Positions 15,501 to 26,800 of a DNA stretch of 64,000 nucleotides are shown in pieces (positions within the stretch are counted from its first letter, which is position 1; every line of letters starts with the position of its first letter). The notes under the pieces are model-generated. The model worked only from the letters and a program-made list of their open reading frames with translations, was not told the DNA's origin and searched no databases. This DNA is from Tubiluchus corallicola. Taxonomy: Eukaryota; Animalia; Priapulida. The position numbers and the translations under genes are program-made. The stretch spans positions 744,001 to 808,000 of the forward strand of contig JAQGDQ010000028.1 of assembly GCA_030141605.1 (NCBI GenBank). The letters run 5' to 3'.

Positions 15501-18413
15501 AACTACGCGGGGCTTCAAGAGAATTCGCGCCGTCCGTTAGAACAGGGTAAGAAGCCACTTGCTTTTACGAATGAAGTCTTCACTTTTTTTATATACGATT
15601 TCTAATATTACAGCTTTCAGCTCAAACAGTTGAAACCGCCAGAAAGCAGAGGCTCATGACTGACTCAGCAAAGTGCATGTATTTTGTTTAAACTGGCTGG
15701 CACTACAACCACTAAAAACATTTTGTCTATATTACGTCAGAGGAAATGCTTTATAAATATAAATACAATGTTCAGGCTTTTTAATCATATACGCGTACTA
15801 TAGTAACAAACTTAAAGATTTTTGCACTGATGCTGTGCGTAATACTGTATAACAAAGAGCATCGCGTGAGTTGCAGATGTACAAGCAGAAGATGTTTAAA
15901 ATTGCACGTGAAAACTGTTTGCATGTTGAAACAGACGTTTAAATAAGCAAGAACTAGTAAATGTTTGCCTCTGTTGGCAGTACGGAAATTTTACTGTCAG
16001 TTTTACATGGAAACAGCATTGAAATTCCAACCTTTGAAATATGAAAACAGGCAAACAACAGCAAATGGGTCTGAAACAGTCTTACCCTACAGAGTCCAGA
16101 GAAAGGTCTGTCAAGGTGGGATTTCAGGACCTGAAATACTTCAGTGTTTTGTTAATATTAAATTTTATTCACCTCAAATAAAATTATCAATAAAACAAAA
16201 TAAAATATACAATCAAATACATGTATACAAGCAAACAATCAAAACCATAAAATAAACACGGTCAAAATACACACATATACATACATATATACATACACGT
16301 ATACTCACATACATACGTACTCGAATACATACATACATACGTACGTACACAAATCTTGAAACAAGATTACCAGCTGTCAATTACAGACATATATATATAT
16401 ATATATCGCTTATATTGCTTTACAGCAAAATTGCTATGCCGTTACATGCCACCTTTCTTAGGTCAATGATGTTTGTCTGAATGGTAAAATTGTGACAAAA
16501 CTAAATCCCTTTTAGTCAACGTTTTTTCCTTGAAACAAGCAGAAAAAGGGATGACTCTAATATAGTACATCCCGTGAAGTTTTAAAGCATACAACTTTAG
16601 GTCTGCAAAGAAGATCGCTACTATGCTGAATGAAGCTAGATTTTGCAAAATTAAAGAACCATTTCGGACTTTTGAAACATGTTCTATGATACTAATTGTG
16701 GAACACAAGACTATAACACAAGTTTTCATCACCATGAGACCAAGGTTGTAGCATTAGCCGTCAAAACTAACCAGACATACCCAAATCATGACAATGGCAA
16801 AGTCAGTTATTTCAGTGGTTGCTGATTAGCATACTTAAATTGATTAAAAAATGGATTCTGGAGCGCTGTCTTGTAAGCACCGAGTCTATATGAATATGGC
16901 CTTTGGCCTATTCAAAGGAACACACATTAGGATGCTTACCATTTTCTAGAGTGACATTGTGTCCTGAATATTGCCATGGCATCCAGAGCCTTCCTTCATA
17001 CACGTGCACTCTTGGTAACAACAGACCAATATCTCTCATGATAACATAACCGAAAATACAGTTGCTTCTCTAAACACTTTTTCACTATTCACACAGCAAT
17101 TTATAGAGCAACAAAAAACTAAGATTTGTCAGTGAGAAGCTAACGAAATTTTGCAATATTTCAGAATCACGGCATGGCGATGCACAGTTAACGCATATTA
17201 AACAGCTTCATTGTTAAAAAAAGTTCTAATTTGTAGCATTAACGTGACTTTATGTGATCACACACTCCAAAAAACACCAGAAGAGGAGCAACAATGAGAC
17301 ACAGGCTTGGAAATAGGTAAAACAGGTAGCTTATACAAGAAACTTATACAGCAGAACAAAAAAACAATATTGGTGGTACAGACCAAACGAACGCAGCAGT
17401 TGAGCAATCTATATAAGTAGTTATTTGAAAGACACACTAAAAGCATACGTATAGATAAATATCAGCGTTTGAGTACCGAGTCTACTGACAGCATATTATC
17501 GACGTAAATAACTGATTGAATGGGTCATGTTTGGACTATAGCCTTCTCAGGTCTAATTTTCTACATACCTAATTACAAAGCAAACCATGCAATGGTAAAA
17601 ATTCAATGCTTATTACCCAATATTATCCGTGTTCTTTCATGGAAAAGGCGTTGTTGATGTAGGTAATGAAGCGCGAATTATAAAGTTACGCATGACGTGC
17701 AGTATCCTTCGAAAAAATTACGCTGAGTAGAAATTAATATCCATCGAATCTTACTATGTTATCTACGATGTCACATAAGTTTCCATTGTCATACATTGGG
17801 TCTGCCAATTACATATATATATATTTGATGAGCATGATCATGTGAAAATGGGCATATGACATTTCTCATAAAATACCAAATAACCAATATATATATATAT
17901 ATTCAAAACTATAATAAATTAAACCGTTTTACAGGCCATCTTAACTTAAACAATGACTGTTAAAAGATAGGTATGTGTACTGCAGAAGCACAACAGAATT
18001 AATTTGATCAGGTCAGAAAGTTACAACCAAATTAAACAGCAGCACAGGAGAACATGCACATTCTTCTCATAAAAAGAATGTTAGACAGTAATGTGCAAAC
18101 ATTCTACGTGGTGTTTGTTTACATTTACGCAAATCAAACCTTGTCAACTATGATAAGATTGCTGATGAAATAACACCTATATATGCCAGACTGAATCAAA
18201 GCGTGTTGTGCGAAAATATTGATTATTATTTGATGGCCTTGTCTGTGTTAAAGTGGGCATAAACCATAAATTTTTAACTCGAGTGTCACAAAAGCAGTTT
18301 CCTGGGAATGCCTAAACGCCAATAATAGGACCATTTAAAACTGATAATCATAGATTTTATCAGTTACCCAGTTATTTGGCAAGCCTTTATGTCACATTCC
18401 AGACCCCCCCCCC

Positions 18414-18509
<96 letters not shown>

Positions 18510-19782
18510 CACACTAAAACTACATCAGAACAACAGAGCTTAAATATGATAGCTAAAGAATCAGTAATGAATATATCAGCACACATTTGCATTAATTTTA
18601 TACACAATTCAACATTATTTCCAGATTTTGCTATAGAAAGTTATTCATGCATAAAACGGAAATAAAAGGATAGCCATATGGGCAAATCACCACGAATTCT
18701 TAAAAGGGAAAAAAAGAACCACATAAATTCAAGATTATCAAATACGCACTGTAATACGCATACGTTTTCTGTGACTACACGCACAAATAAGAAAATTCAG
18801 TATAGAGTACATATCAGACTATGTCCTAGGTACTTCTTGTAATTATAATCCTCTACAGTGATATTCCCTCACTAGAACTTCTAAAAAGTGGCAAATATCA
18901 TATTGTGCATATTTCGTTAATGCAGTTAAATGAACTGTCGCTTTTCAATTTATTTTATTGTTTAAGCTTCTGCTCACTAATTACGTATTATAGTTAAATA
19001 TATTAGCCATATATTGGTTTTGTTGTAAGTGTGCTTAGTACACTTATGTTGATCTTCAGGTAACATTCGTGGAATTGGAGTGTCACAAATAGAAGAGGGG
19101 TTTTATCATCCTACGGTTGAACAGCTGATTGCCACATTACAGGGAGATATAAACCACATATATGGTAGTGCGGATCGACTAGAAATGGGAGGGAAGGTAT
19201 TGAAGTTTGAAGTACAATGGTCTGAAGAGACAAATGCAAATTTTAATCCCTCCTGTAACTTCTTCGGCAATGTTAGAAAACTCGCTGTAAATTTGGCAAA
19301 CTCATTTCAAAAGTTCTGACAATCATTTTAAAAATTCGCAGAAGCGATGCTTTTAGAACTGCAAAGAGTCTAGCTACTAGCATTTTCTGGCAAGTTGACA
19401 TGCGGGCCCCTTTCAGGAATTCGTGGCTCTTCTAACTTCTGCAGAGCTCTTGTTCATTTTATTTCTCATTTGGTACATTACAAAATTACAACTCTTGTTG
19501 CTACCTCAATTCTTTATAAGTAATCTATATCAGGTATGTGTATTGCTATTTTCAAGCATATATCTAATTCAACCAATGAACACCAGGCTACCTATCATAA
19601 TTATAGTGAATTACAGAATTTTTATCATCAACAAGATGAATTTTACCAATCAAAAAAAGACAATAGCTATGTGATGAGAAGTGCAACAAAAATAAATTCT
19701 TACCTATTGGCGGGGGATCTTCTGGTCGATCATACATCTCAAATCCAATGGCACCCCCAGGTGATGGCTGGTTGTGAGCCAT
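319..19782 (-). CDS. Anoctamin (TMEM16) family gene, 5' portion; 3' end lies beyond the left edge. Exons (minus): 19782-19704, 12140-12039, [10126-10070], 9169-9105, 8949-8785, 7664-7566, [6478-6452], 4115-3979, 2366-2224, 1788-1733, 1548-1492, 518-319
   Basis: Hand-spliced exons with GT-AG boundaries and compatible phases give anoctamin motifs: [77 protein letters not shown] (TM1). The paralog cannot be assigned. Confidence 0.95.
1492..1548 (-). CDS. Anoctamin exon
   Basis: [19 protein letters not shown]; phase 0-0; tag|...|gtgag. Confidence 0.9.
1733..1788 (-). CDS. Anoctamin exon
   Basis: (G)[18 protein letters not shown]; conserved AAFPLH motif; cag|...|gtaat. Confidence 0.93.
2224..2366 (-). 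CDS. Anoctamin exon
   Basis: [28 protein letters not shown]...MRFG; cag|...|gtaag. Confidence 0.93.
3170..3860. mobile_element. Degenerate MITE / non-autonomous DNA transposon
   Basis: Imperfect inverted ends: gattttcgtgctaaaattgatttttttt (~3182) vs aaaaaaattaactttagcacaaaaatt (~3829); also aaaaattgggtgtcattttttc vs gaaaaaatgacctcatttttt. Boundaries approximate. Confidence 0.55.
3979..4115 (-). CDS. Anoctamin exon
   Basis: [45 protein letters not shown]; tag|...|gtaag; phases fit both neighbours. Confidence 0.9.
5245..5860. mobile_element. Tc1/mariner (pogo/Tigger-like) MITE
   Basis: TA|cagtaaactgc ... gcaattcactg|TA termini, with repeated subterminal (a)taactcgaa motifs. Confidence 0.65.
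6452..6478 (-). CDS. Candidate 27-nt anoctamin microexon (EVAVQENFK)
   Basis: ctgcatgtttag|GAGGTGGCAGTTCAAGAGAACTTCAAG|gtttgt; phase 0-0, in frame between the flanking exons. Confidence 0.5.
7566..7664 (-). CDS. Anoctamin exon
   Basis: [33 protein letters not shown]; phase 0-0. Confidence 0.94.
8785..8949 (-). CDS. Anoctamin exon
   Basis: [24 protein letters not shown]...[18 protein letters not shown]; cag|...|gttag. Confidence 0.94.
9105..9169 (-). CDS. Anoctamin N-terminal exon
   Basis: [21 protein letters not shown]; ttttcag|...|gtaat; phase 1-0. Confidence 0.8.
10070..10126 (-). CDS. Anoctamin N-terminal exon (57 nt, possible cassette exon)
   Basis: (D)[18 protein letters not shown]; ctccctccag|...|gtatgt; phase 1-1. 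Confidence 0.7.
12039..12140 (-). CDS. Anoctamin N-terminal Pro-rich exon
   Basis: (G)[33 protein letters not shown]; tttttttag|...|gtaggc; phase 1-1. Confidence 0.75.
16266..16350. repeat. Imperfect (TACA)n microsatellite
   Basis: atacatacatatatacatacacgtatac... run. Confidence 0.75.
16940..16982 (-). CDS. Candidate alternative first coding exon of the anoctamin ([14 protein letters not shown])
   Basis: ATG at 16982, strong donor G|GTAAGC, phase 1 matches exon 12140-12039. Confidence 0.45.
18404..18505. repeat. Poly-C run followed by a perfect (CA)n microsatellite (~44 units)
   Basis: Directly visible. Confidence 0.98.
19704..19782 (-). CDS. Probable first coding exon of the anoctamin ([26 protein letters not shown])
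   Basis: ATG in ataATGG context, donor AG|GTAAGA, phase 1; joins exon 12140 to give a second IGFE motif. Confidence 0.7.
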
Positions 19783-20869
19783 TATTCAATTACCAGCTGA
19801 TTACTCCATTTATAGAAAGATATTGTACTAAAGCAATGGCGTACTAGAAATATGAAAAAAGATCGTACTAGATCGTTTCAGGTATATCATAATCTATATG
19901 CTTACACTGTTTCTTTGCTCCTTCTCAGCTGCAATGAAAGGTAAAAATAATTATGACGAATTTTAACTGCTATTGAGAAAATAAAATTGAATTGAATTGA
20001 ATTATATCAGTACAATTATATTGTAATGTCTTTTAAATGTGGATACTAGTGATACAGTTGACAATGGTGAGCTTAGCCAAGAAGGAGCAAACACGAGTGG
20101 CAGACACACACAGAAAGAGGTGAAAAAGAGCAAACGAGTGAATCTTGGAACAAAGGGAGATTTATTATTCATTATAAAGAAACAAAAGTTACAATTTTTA
20201 GCTATTTCATTAGATTCAATGACTTCTGTATTCTCAATGGGAGAACACTCTCTCAGACAAACAGAAACTAATGATCAAATAATATGAAAGAGCATACAGT
20301 GAAATCGGCAAGAAAGAAATTTTGAAAGTGTCCATTTAGGGATTTAATGCTAACTCAGGTTCTGTTGATGTCGTGTAAAAGCTTGCAGTGCATGAGAACT
20401 GTACACAAAAAGTGTATGTTTTTACTCAGCAGCAATGGCAGTAGGTAACTAAGCATAAACTAATGCACTTATTATGCACTATATATCTGCAGCCTGTCCA
20501 CATGTGGAGTAACATAGAGCATTTTGCTCATAATCCAAAAGATGTAAACTTTATTCACACACATAATGTAATTTTAATCAGCAAAATTAAAAACACTGGC
20601 ATGCAATACAAGTAAAAGAAAGTAAGATCGAAAGAAGTCATGCAACAGCTACTGTTGGAAAAAGTTAAATGACCTTTATTCTGGCATGGTAAAAATTTGG
20701 AAGTGAAAATAAGAAATCAAACAAGAGTTCCATAGCTTCTTAACAACAACAACAACAACAGCAGCAAAAAATTCAAGTAAATAACAACATAATAAAAGTT
20801 TACTAACATCAATTATAGTGCAGGCATCTAAGGTCATCCACGGAGAAGGTCAACATGAAAGTAGAACTA

Positions 20870-21550
20870 ACATCACGTAACTGTTGACTAGAGTCAATAG
20901 ATTGTATTCAGTCTTTAGGCAGATGTTGTTTCTGGACCAGACTTTAGCCTGGCAATTGAAGGTATTCTTGGGCAGCCACATGCATCTCTCAATCTCAGAC
21001 TTGGACAAGCAATCGGATATCACTTACTTTCGAAAGGAAACAGTGAAGTGGCTCCCAACTTGTGGAGGACTACCTGATAGCTTAATGCTCCTTCCATCTC
21101 CTCACAGTGACTTATAATGTGACAACGTTTGTGACTAAATGTTTATGTATACATTACACACTGTGAAATAAATCAATTCTGCTCATTTTACTACTATTCC
21201 TGCAAATAAGTTATCGGTGATGGCATTGAGTGGGGTAAAGTCTGACAGAAATTTGATTTTTGTTTTGTCCCAACTGACTGTGAAACCGAAAGGCGAGGTT
21301 TCCAACGAGAATCAGCCACTTCAAGAGGGTTAGAATCCTGTGAACAACAGCAACATCATCCACGAAGCAGAAAAAGTAGTGATCAATTATAGTATGAACC
21401 AAATAAGGACAACCAGCTAGTGTCCTGCACATCCAGAAGTTAACCACGATTTTATACAAGTTAGATGTGGTGTCACAGCAAAGGATCCGAGAGGGGCTGT
21501 CAGGGCCTTGGAGTACTTTGGGAGTACCAAAGGAGCACTTGAACATGAGA
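20870..21550 (-). mobile_element. Highly degraded RTE-like LINE reverse transcriptase fragment
   Basis: Frame-shifted pieces in RT order: VLQG..SP, FVDDVAV, GFTVSWDKTKI, WSRNNICLKTEYNL. Boundaries approximate. Confidence 0.55.
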
Positions 21551-21634
21551 GGCCGCCACTCATTCTAGTCTAAGGGGCTACAAAAGAAAGAAGGAAATAA
21601 GAATACAGTTTCAAAAACAGATTTACTGTAACTA

Positions 21635-21760
21635 ACTTTTAACAACGGGAGAATCTGTTAGCATTTTTTTAAACAGGTGCAGTTGAAGATAACAGGGAAG
21701 TGATTTTTCTGGTAATGGATTCCACAAGTAAGGAGTCCGAAAGAGAAAAGTTGATTTAAC
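21635..21760 (-). mobile_element. Degraded LINE (L2/CR1-group) ORF2 C-terminal fragment
   Basis: STFLFRTPYLWNPLP...LHLFKKML resembles the SFFxRTxxLWNxLP...FK C-terminal motif. Confidence 0.5.
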
Positions 21761-23764
21761 AATAACTGAAATTGCTTTTACAATAATAGAGAAATGACTG
21801 AAGAATTTTTGCTGACGGAAACTTTGATTTCTCGTACAATATTTCTGTTCAATTTTGACCAACAGTAGGTGTATTGGCAGCCGTTTTGAAATTACGTTAT
21901 TTAAGACTTTTGTCCTGGCCTAATTTTGGCTAACCTGGCTGTCAATATGGATACGAGCTGTCTGGGGGCATGTAAAACCCAACCCAAACGCATAATTTTT
22001 TTAGGGCCACACCTATTTTTTCTCTAGGAGTTCCCACATATTATTACTATTATTATAGCTGTTATTATCTTATTGCTGAAAGGATGCAGAACTCTGATTT
22101 TTTTGTTTTAGTATGAACATGGACCTAGTCACATGACACAAAACATTATGCATTTACAATGCCAGAATAAGAGTACCTCCCTTTTTTTAACAGTAGCTGC
22201 TGCAATTACTTCTTTTATAGAAGGAAGACACTATTCCTTCTATAAAGTAACATGAATATTCATCCATACAAATCTTCCCAAACAGTGTAAGGTATAATGG
22301 CATTCACAACAACAATACTGAAGGGTTATTGGGGAAATTTATTTACTTCACTGCCTGCTAAGTCTGAAAGCTAGCTATTTAAATCTTCCAAGAGTCAGTA
22401 GCAGCCTGAAGTCATTACAGTGCATATATCTGGCTTCTTTTCTGGTTCCTCTTTGGTCATTCACAGTGGCATAATGATTCAAGACACTTACTGGTCAAGT
22501 GACTTCAGTAAACATAACACATGGGCAGTCAAAGGAAATTCCGTCTTAAATTCGTAAATCGTTGAAGAGAGACCTGTCAAAAACCATCTTATGGTTAGGT
22601 GTTTTTGGCTTCGCAAGAATTGCAAGCAAGCAAGAAATCATTCTGAGTAGTAAAACAATCTTTGAGTACAGCTCGAAGTGTCTATTCCTGCAATTTGAGA
22701 GCACACTTACCAGTTGGGTGAAGCACAGGACACTGGAAATACTATAAGGTATTAAGCCAAAGAAGAACATTAAAACACCGAGGGCTTATAATTAACAAAC
22801 TAAATAAATATTTTAAAAATACTAGTACTGCAGCAACTAAATTTATTTAAAGTCCTTGTCTGGGAGGCCTGCATAGCCAGAGTAGAAGACAAAGAAATGT
22901 TTTCTTTCATTGGGAAAGTGTTACTGTTTAGTGTTGATGTCACTGCAAATACATTATGTTTAAAACTTTGAGAGTTAAGCTGTTTGGCAACTTGGCAGCA
23001 AGTAGTGCTAAGCACCTTAAACTACATGGATGTCTTAATGCTAAATAGGCCATTAATACTTAACCAGAAAACCAATAATAGCCAATGCAGAAAGGATTGG
23101 AGTAAATTGTCTATTGTTCCTGCCTCTTTAAGCACGGACGAAGTGAAGCACGAACACTGGTTTAAAACAGACATGCAATACAGTGCGATGGTATGGGGTG
23201 ACGCTTATTATTTGACCAAAATTATCGCATCTATAAAATTAATAGATGTTTCATCTCCCTACCAAAAATCGTGATTAATGAACTGCAATTTAAGTGTAGA
23301 AAAAGGGGGAAGAGATGACTGCATATTTACCGTGCAAAAGTGTAGCTTTCTTGAATCTTAAAAAAGTTAGTTTAAACGGTAAGTTGTAGCACTGGTGTAG
23401 TTGCACCAATGTGACACCCAATGCCAGTGCAATATACAATCATAATAATTATTGAAATGTATGTCTGAAACAGTTACTTACTTAATGTTTTGCTATATCC
23501 AAATTTTTGACTGTTGAAGATTGCTACACTAAAGTTATCACAAAGCAACGCAGTTAAATTTTCATCGACGACACGACAAGCCCACGAAAAGAAAACACAG
23601 AATTGACAGAAAACAGCATTTTTTATTTCAATTACTGGCTGTTAGATGGCAGCACTTGCCAAGCTGTATGGTATGTCCATGATCATGGCTGCAATGTGAT
23701 GGAACTGAATGTGCCCAAAGAAGCAAGTAGCTTTAGTACTGGTAGAAAAATTTCACAGTGGATT

Positions 23765-23887
23765 ATGGCAGCTCCAATAAGAGAGAAAACGGAAAAGCCT
23801 CAAAGGACGTTATTTCGTCATATTGTAGTTGGCGTTGGTATCACAGCAGCTGCATACCCTTTGAGTTACTGTAAAGTTCTTGTTCAG
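23765..23887 (+). CDS. MTCH2: MTCH2 exon 1
   Basis: MAAPIREK...AYPLSYCKVLVQ|gtgag. Confidence 0.9.
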
Positions 23888-26800
23888 GTGAGAATTTTTT
23901 ATTGTGTTATGTTAGCCTAAGTCTTTCCTGATTATCTACGTTAAATTAACTGACTGATATTATACCGTGCTTTTGTTGTTATGTTGGGCAGTAGTGGTAG
24001 CGCTTTACTTTTGTCTACATGAACTTTATAGAAAAAGTGAGAAATGCACTGGCCAGTGCAACTAAATTTTTAGTTTTTATAATGTCGATTTTTCAGATTG
24101 GCCATGAACCAATTCCTCCAGTGGTTAAAACTAGTTTGTTTGGACGAAAAAACTTGGTTCTCCCTAACGTTTTCAAATATAGTAAGTATTGACTAATGAC
24201 TTTATGATTTTGTACTTATAGGCAAAGTACAAGTTATAAAGTTTAGTGTGTTTTCACACAAATGTTTGAAAATTGGAAAGAAATCCTAGAACTAAAGCAT
24301 TTGGGAGTACAGTTCTGAATCGTCTGAGTTTATGCTGCAATAAACGGCTAGCACTTACTGTATTTGCTTACCTATAATTTTCAAGAGTGACGATGTGTCG
24401 AAGTGTGGCAGGAATGTTTACATTTTTAATGCACAGCACGTATAATCAATCTATTCTATGGTTTTCTTTTCACGAGTACCTGTATGACGTATTCATGGTT
24501 AAACTTAATTGTATGCCTGAATTACTGTGACAATACTTACTTGGATTCCGTAAAACAGATGTCATGTTAGGAACAGTATTTACTTTTGAAGTAAAGACAA
24601 TGGTGTGTTTTAGTAGAAACACATTTTTGTGTACTTGCGCACTGCTCTAATTTACTCATTCAACTTGTATTTTGAATGTTCTTAGCATGATAATTTTTTA
24701 ACATAAACTTGTTTCAGAATAAATAAAGTGAAACTTGGTATACCATAGTAAACATTCTCGAACTGCATGTTATTCCAATTGTAATGTCAGAACCATTGTT
24801 TATTTACGATTATAGTTGGACAAAATTTTGATGTAGTATGAGTTTACGAATGTGAATGATATTTATGATTTGGTATGATATGATTGTGGTATGTGTTTTA
24901 AACATCTGTGAGCATTAATATTAACTAAATAAAGTACTAGTTTGTAAAATGCAGCAAATGTTACTAACCTGCCATGATAAAGACACCTGTTGAACATTAT
25001 CTAAAACGTATTTATAAAAAATACTTGACCTCTGGTTTACCTTATTTGTACAGTAGGTCCAAAAAAGCAGTTGCTAGCTAATGCTACATGGCAGATGTGT
25101 TGAAAATTTTGAACCCACTTTTGTATAGTTACATTTGAGCCAAAGAATGAAAAATTTTGAGAAAACCAATTGTCATTCTTTATTGCTGTCCAGTGGTCTA
25201 GTTTTACTTGTCTAGTCTAGTTTTTAATCAGTTGTAATCACTTATATTTGAAGTACAATTTACGATTCAATGGTAAGATTTTGCATTACCCATTTTGCAC
25301 ATTTCAAAATGTTTTTTCAGAAGGACAAGACTGAAAACTGTTTGCATCTTTAACATCATAGAAAGGGTCCTGTAACTTCAGCAACCATGTTTACGATGCA
25401 TTTTCTTGCCAACGTGTTTGTCTTTCTGCCTGCATCTTATATATATGTCTTGTTACTTTTGATGACTTTTCTGTGAGTAGTACTGTTGTGCTTTTCAGTG
25501 AAACATATAAAAGATGCAGATGGATTCTTTGGCTTGTACAGAGGACTGAGCTTCAAAATTATGACGGGTGTGGTATCAACAGCTACAGCACATCATGTCC
25601 TAGAGGTACTATATGTGCTTCAAGAAAATCCTTTATTACCTCATATTTAATAATATAATAATCATTTCGTTTAGGACATAGTCTAGAGATAATACCTTAA
25701 GCAACTCAATGCTTATTTCCAAGGTGGTCTCTATGATTATTACCTGCTTGTTACTACAATAAACACTCGTGCTTGGTCAAAATACTAGCTGTACAATTTT
25801 TTAAGTCTTTGGTATAACTCGGTTTTGGAGTCAAACCCACGACCTCCTGGGTGGAAAGCAAGTACACTGCCATTGAACTATACCACCCAGTTGTCATTTT
25901 TTCTTATTCGCTGTCCTTTTTCTCTCCCTCTTTCCCCCACTCATTCTCTCTCTGCTTCTCTCTCTGTCTCTTTTTCTCATGTTGACTGTCGTTGTTTGAT
26001 CACCGCTTCTTGTTTCTTTTTCCTTTTCTTATTGTTTTTTGTCTGTTTTGTTCTTCAGTTGGGACTGTAAATTTCCTTTTTTGAAGAATATGTAACACGT
26101 GAATTAAATCTTACTTTTTAGGGTTTACACAGAGTTTCTAAAAAGCAAACGTCGATCTATAAAGATATAGATGATGGCGACACAAAAAAACAGTCATTGG
26201 ACCAGTTTTTGTTAGAGGTAAGTCAATCATGTTGTTTGGAAATACTTTGCCTATTTGCAAATAACCAAAATTGGCGTATGTCCAATGGGACATGTGAAAA
26301 TAAAATAAATTTATTAAAGTAATATAAAAATTTTATCAAAGTGTTTTTATAAAATGTCTCCCTAAATGCTATAATAAAGTTTTTAAACCATTTTCTATAT
26401 TTTGTTCTATAAATTTTTGACTTTATTTGCCTGATAGAAGCTATGGATACTTAAAGTACATGACTGTTTTTGTGTTTAGTACTTATGTACTTCATGTGTA
26501 AATTTAACTCCAACATTGAAGCACCACTGGCTGTAGTTACTTTAGTAAGTGGGGTTATTTTGTCCTAGGATTTGGGTTATTTGATTAATCTGTTTGTTGA
26601 TTAACAAATGTCATTAATCATACTGTTCTTAATTCAAAAACCTTACTAACTGTGTTTGTATTATCAAAACTGATGGTGTTTCTTGGCAGGCTAACAGTTA
26701 GCAAGTGTTGTTGAGAGAAGCTTCCCTGTTTGACGGTAAGACAGTGGTGTAGCTAGGGGGACAGGGGTAGTCTGCCCCAGGTGGCACTTTAATCAAGTGC

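Noticed and set aside
19080-19847. Plus-strand ORFs 19080-19319, 19423-19674 and 19536-19847
   Set aside because: No recognisable homology or splice partners; they lie antisense in the anoctamin first exon/intron region
25820-25888. tRNA-like sequence with A and B boxes
   Set aside because: No complete cloverleaf, and it continues into a SINE body; called as a SINE
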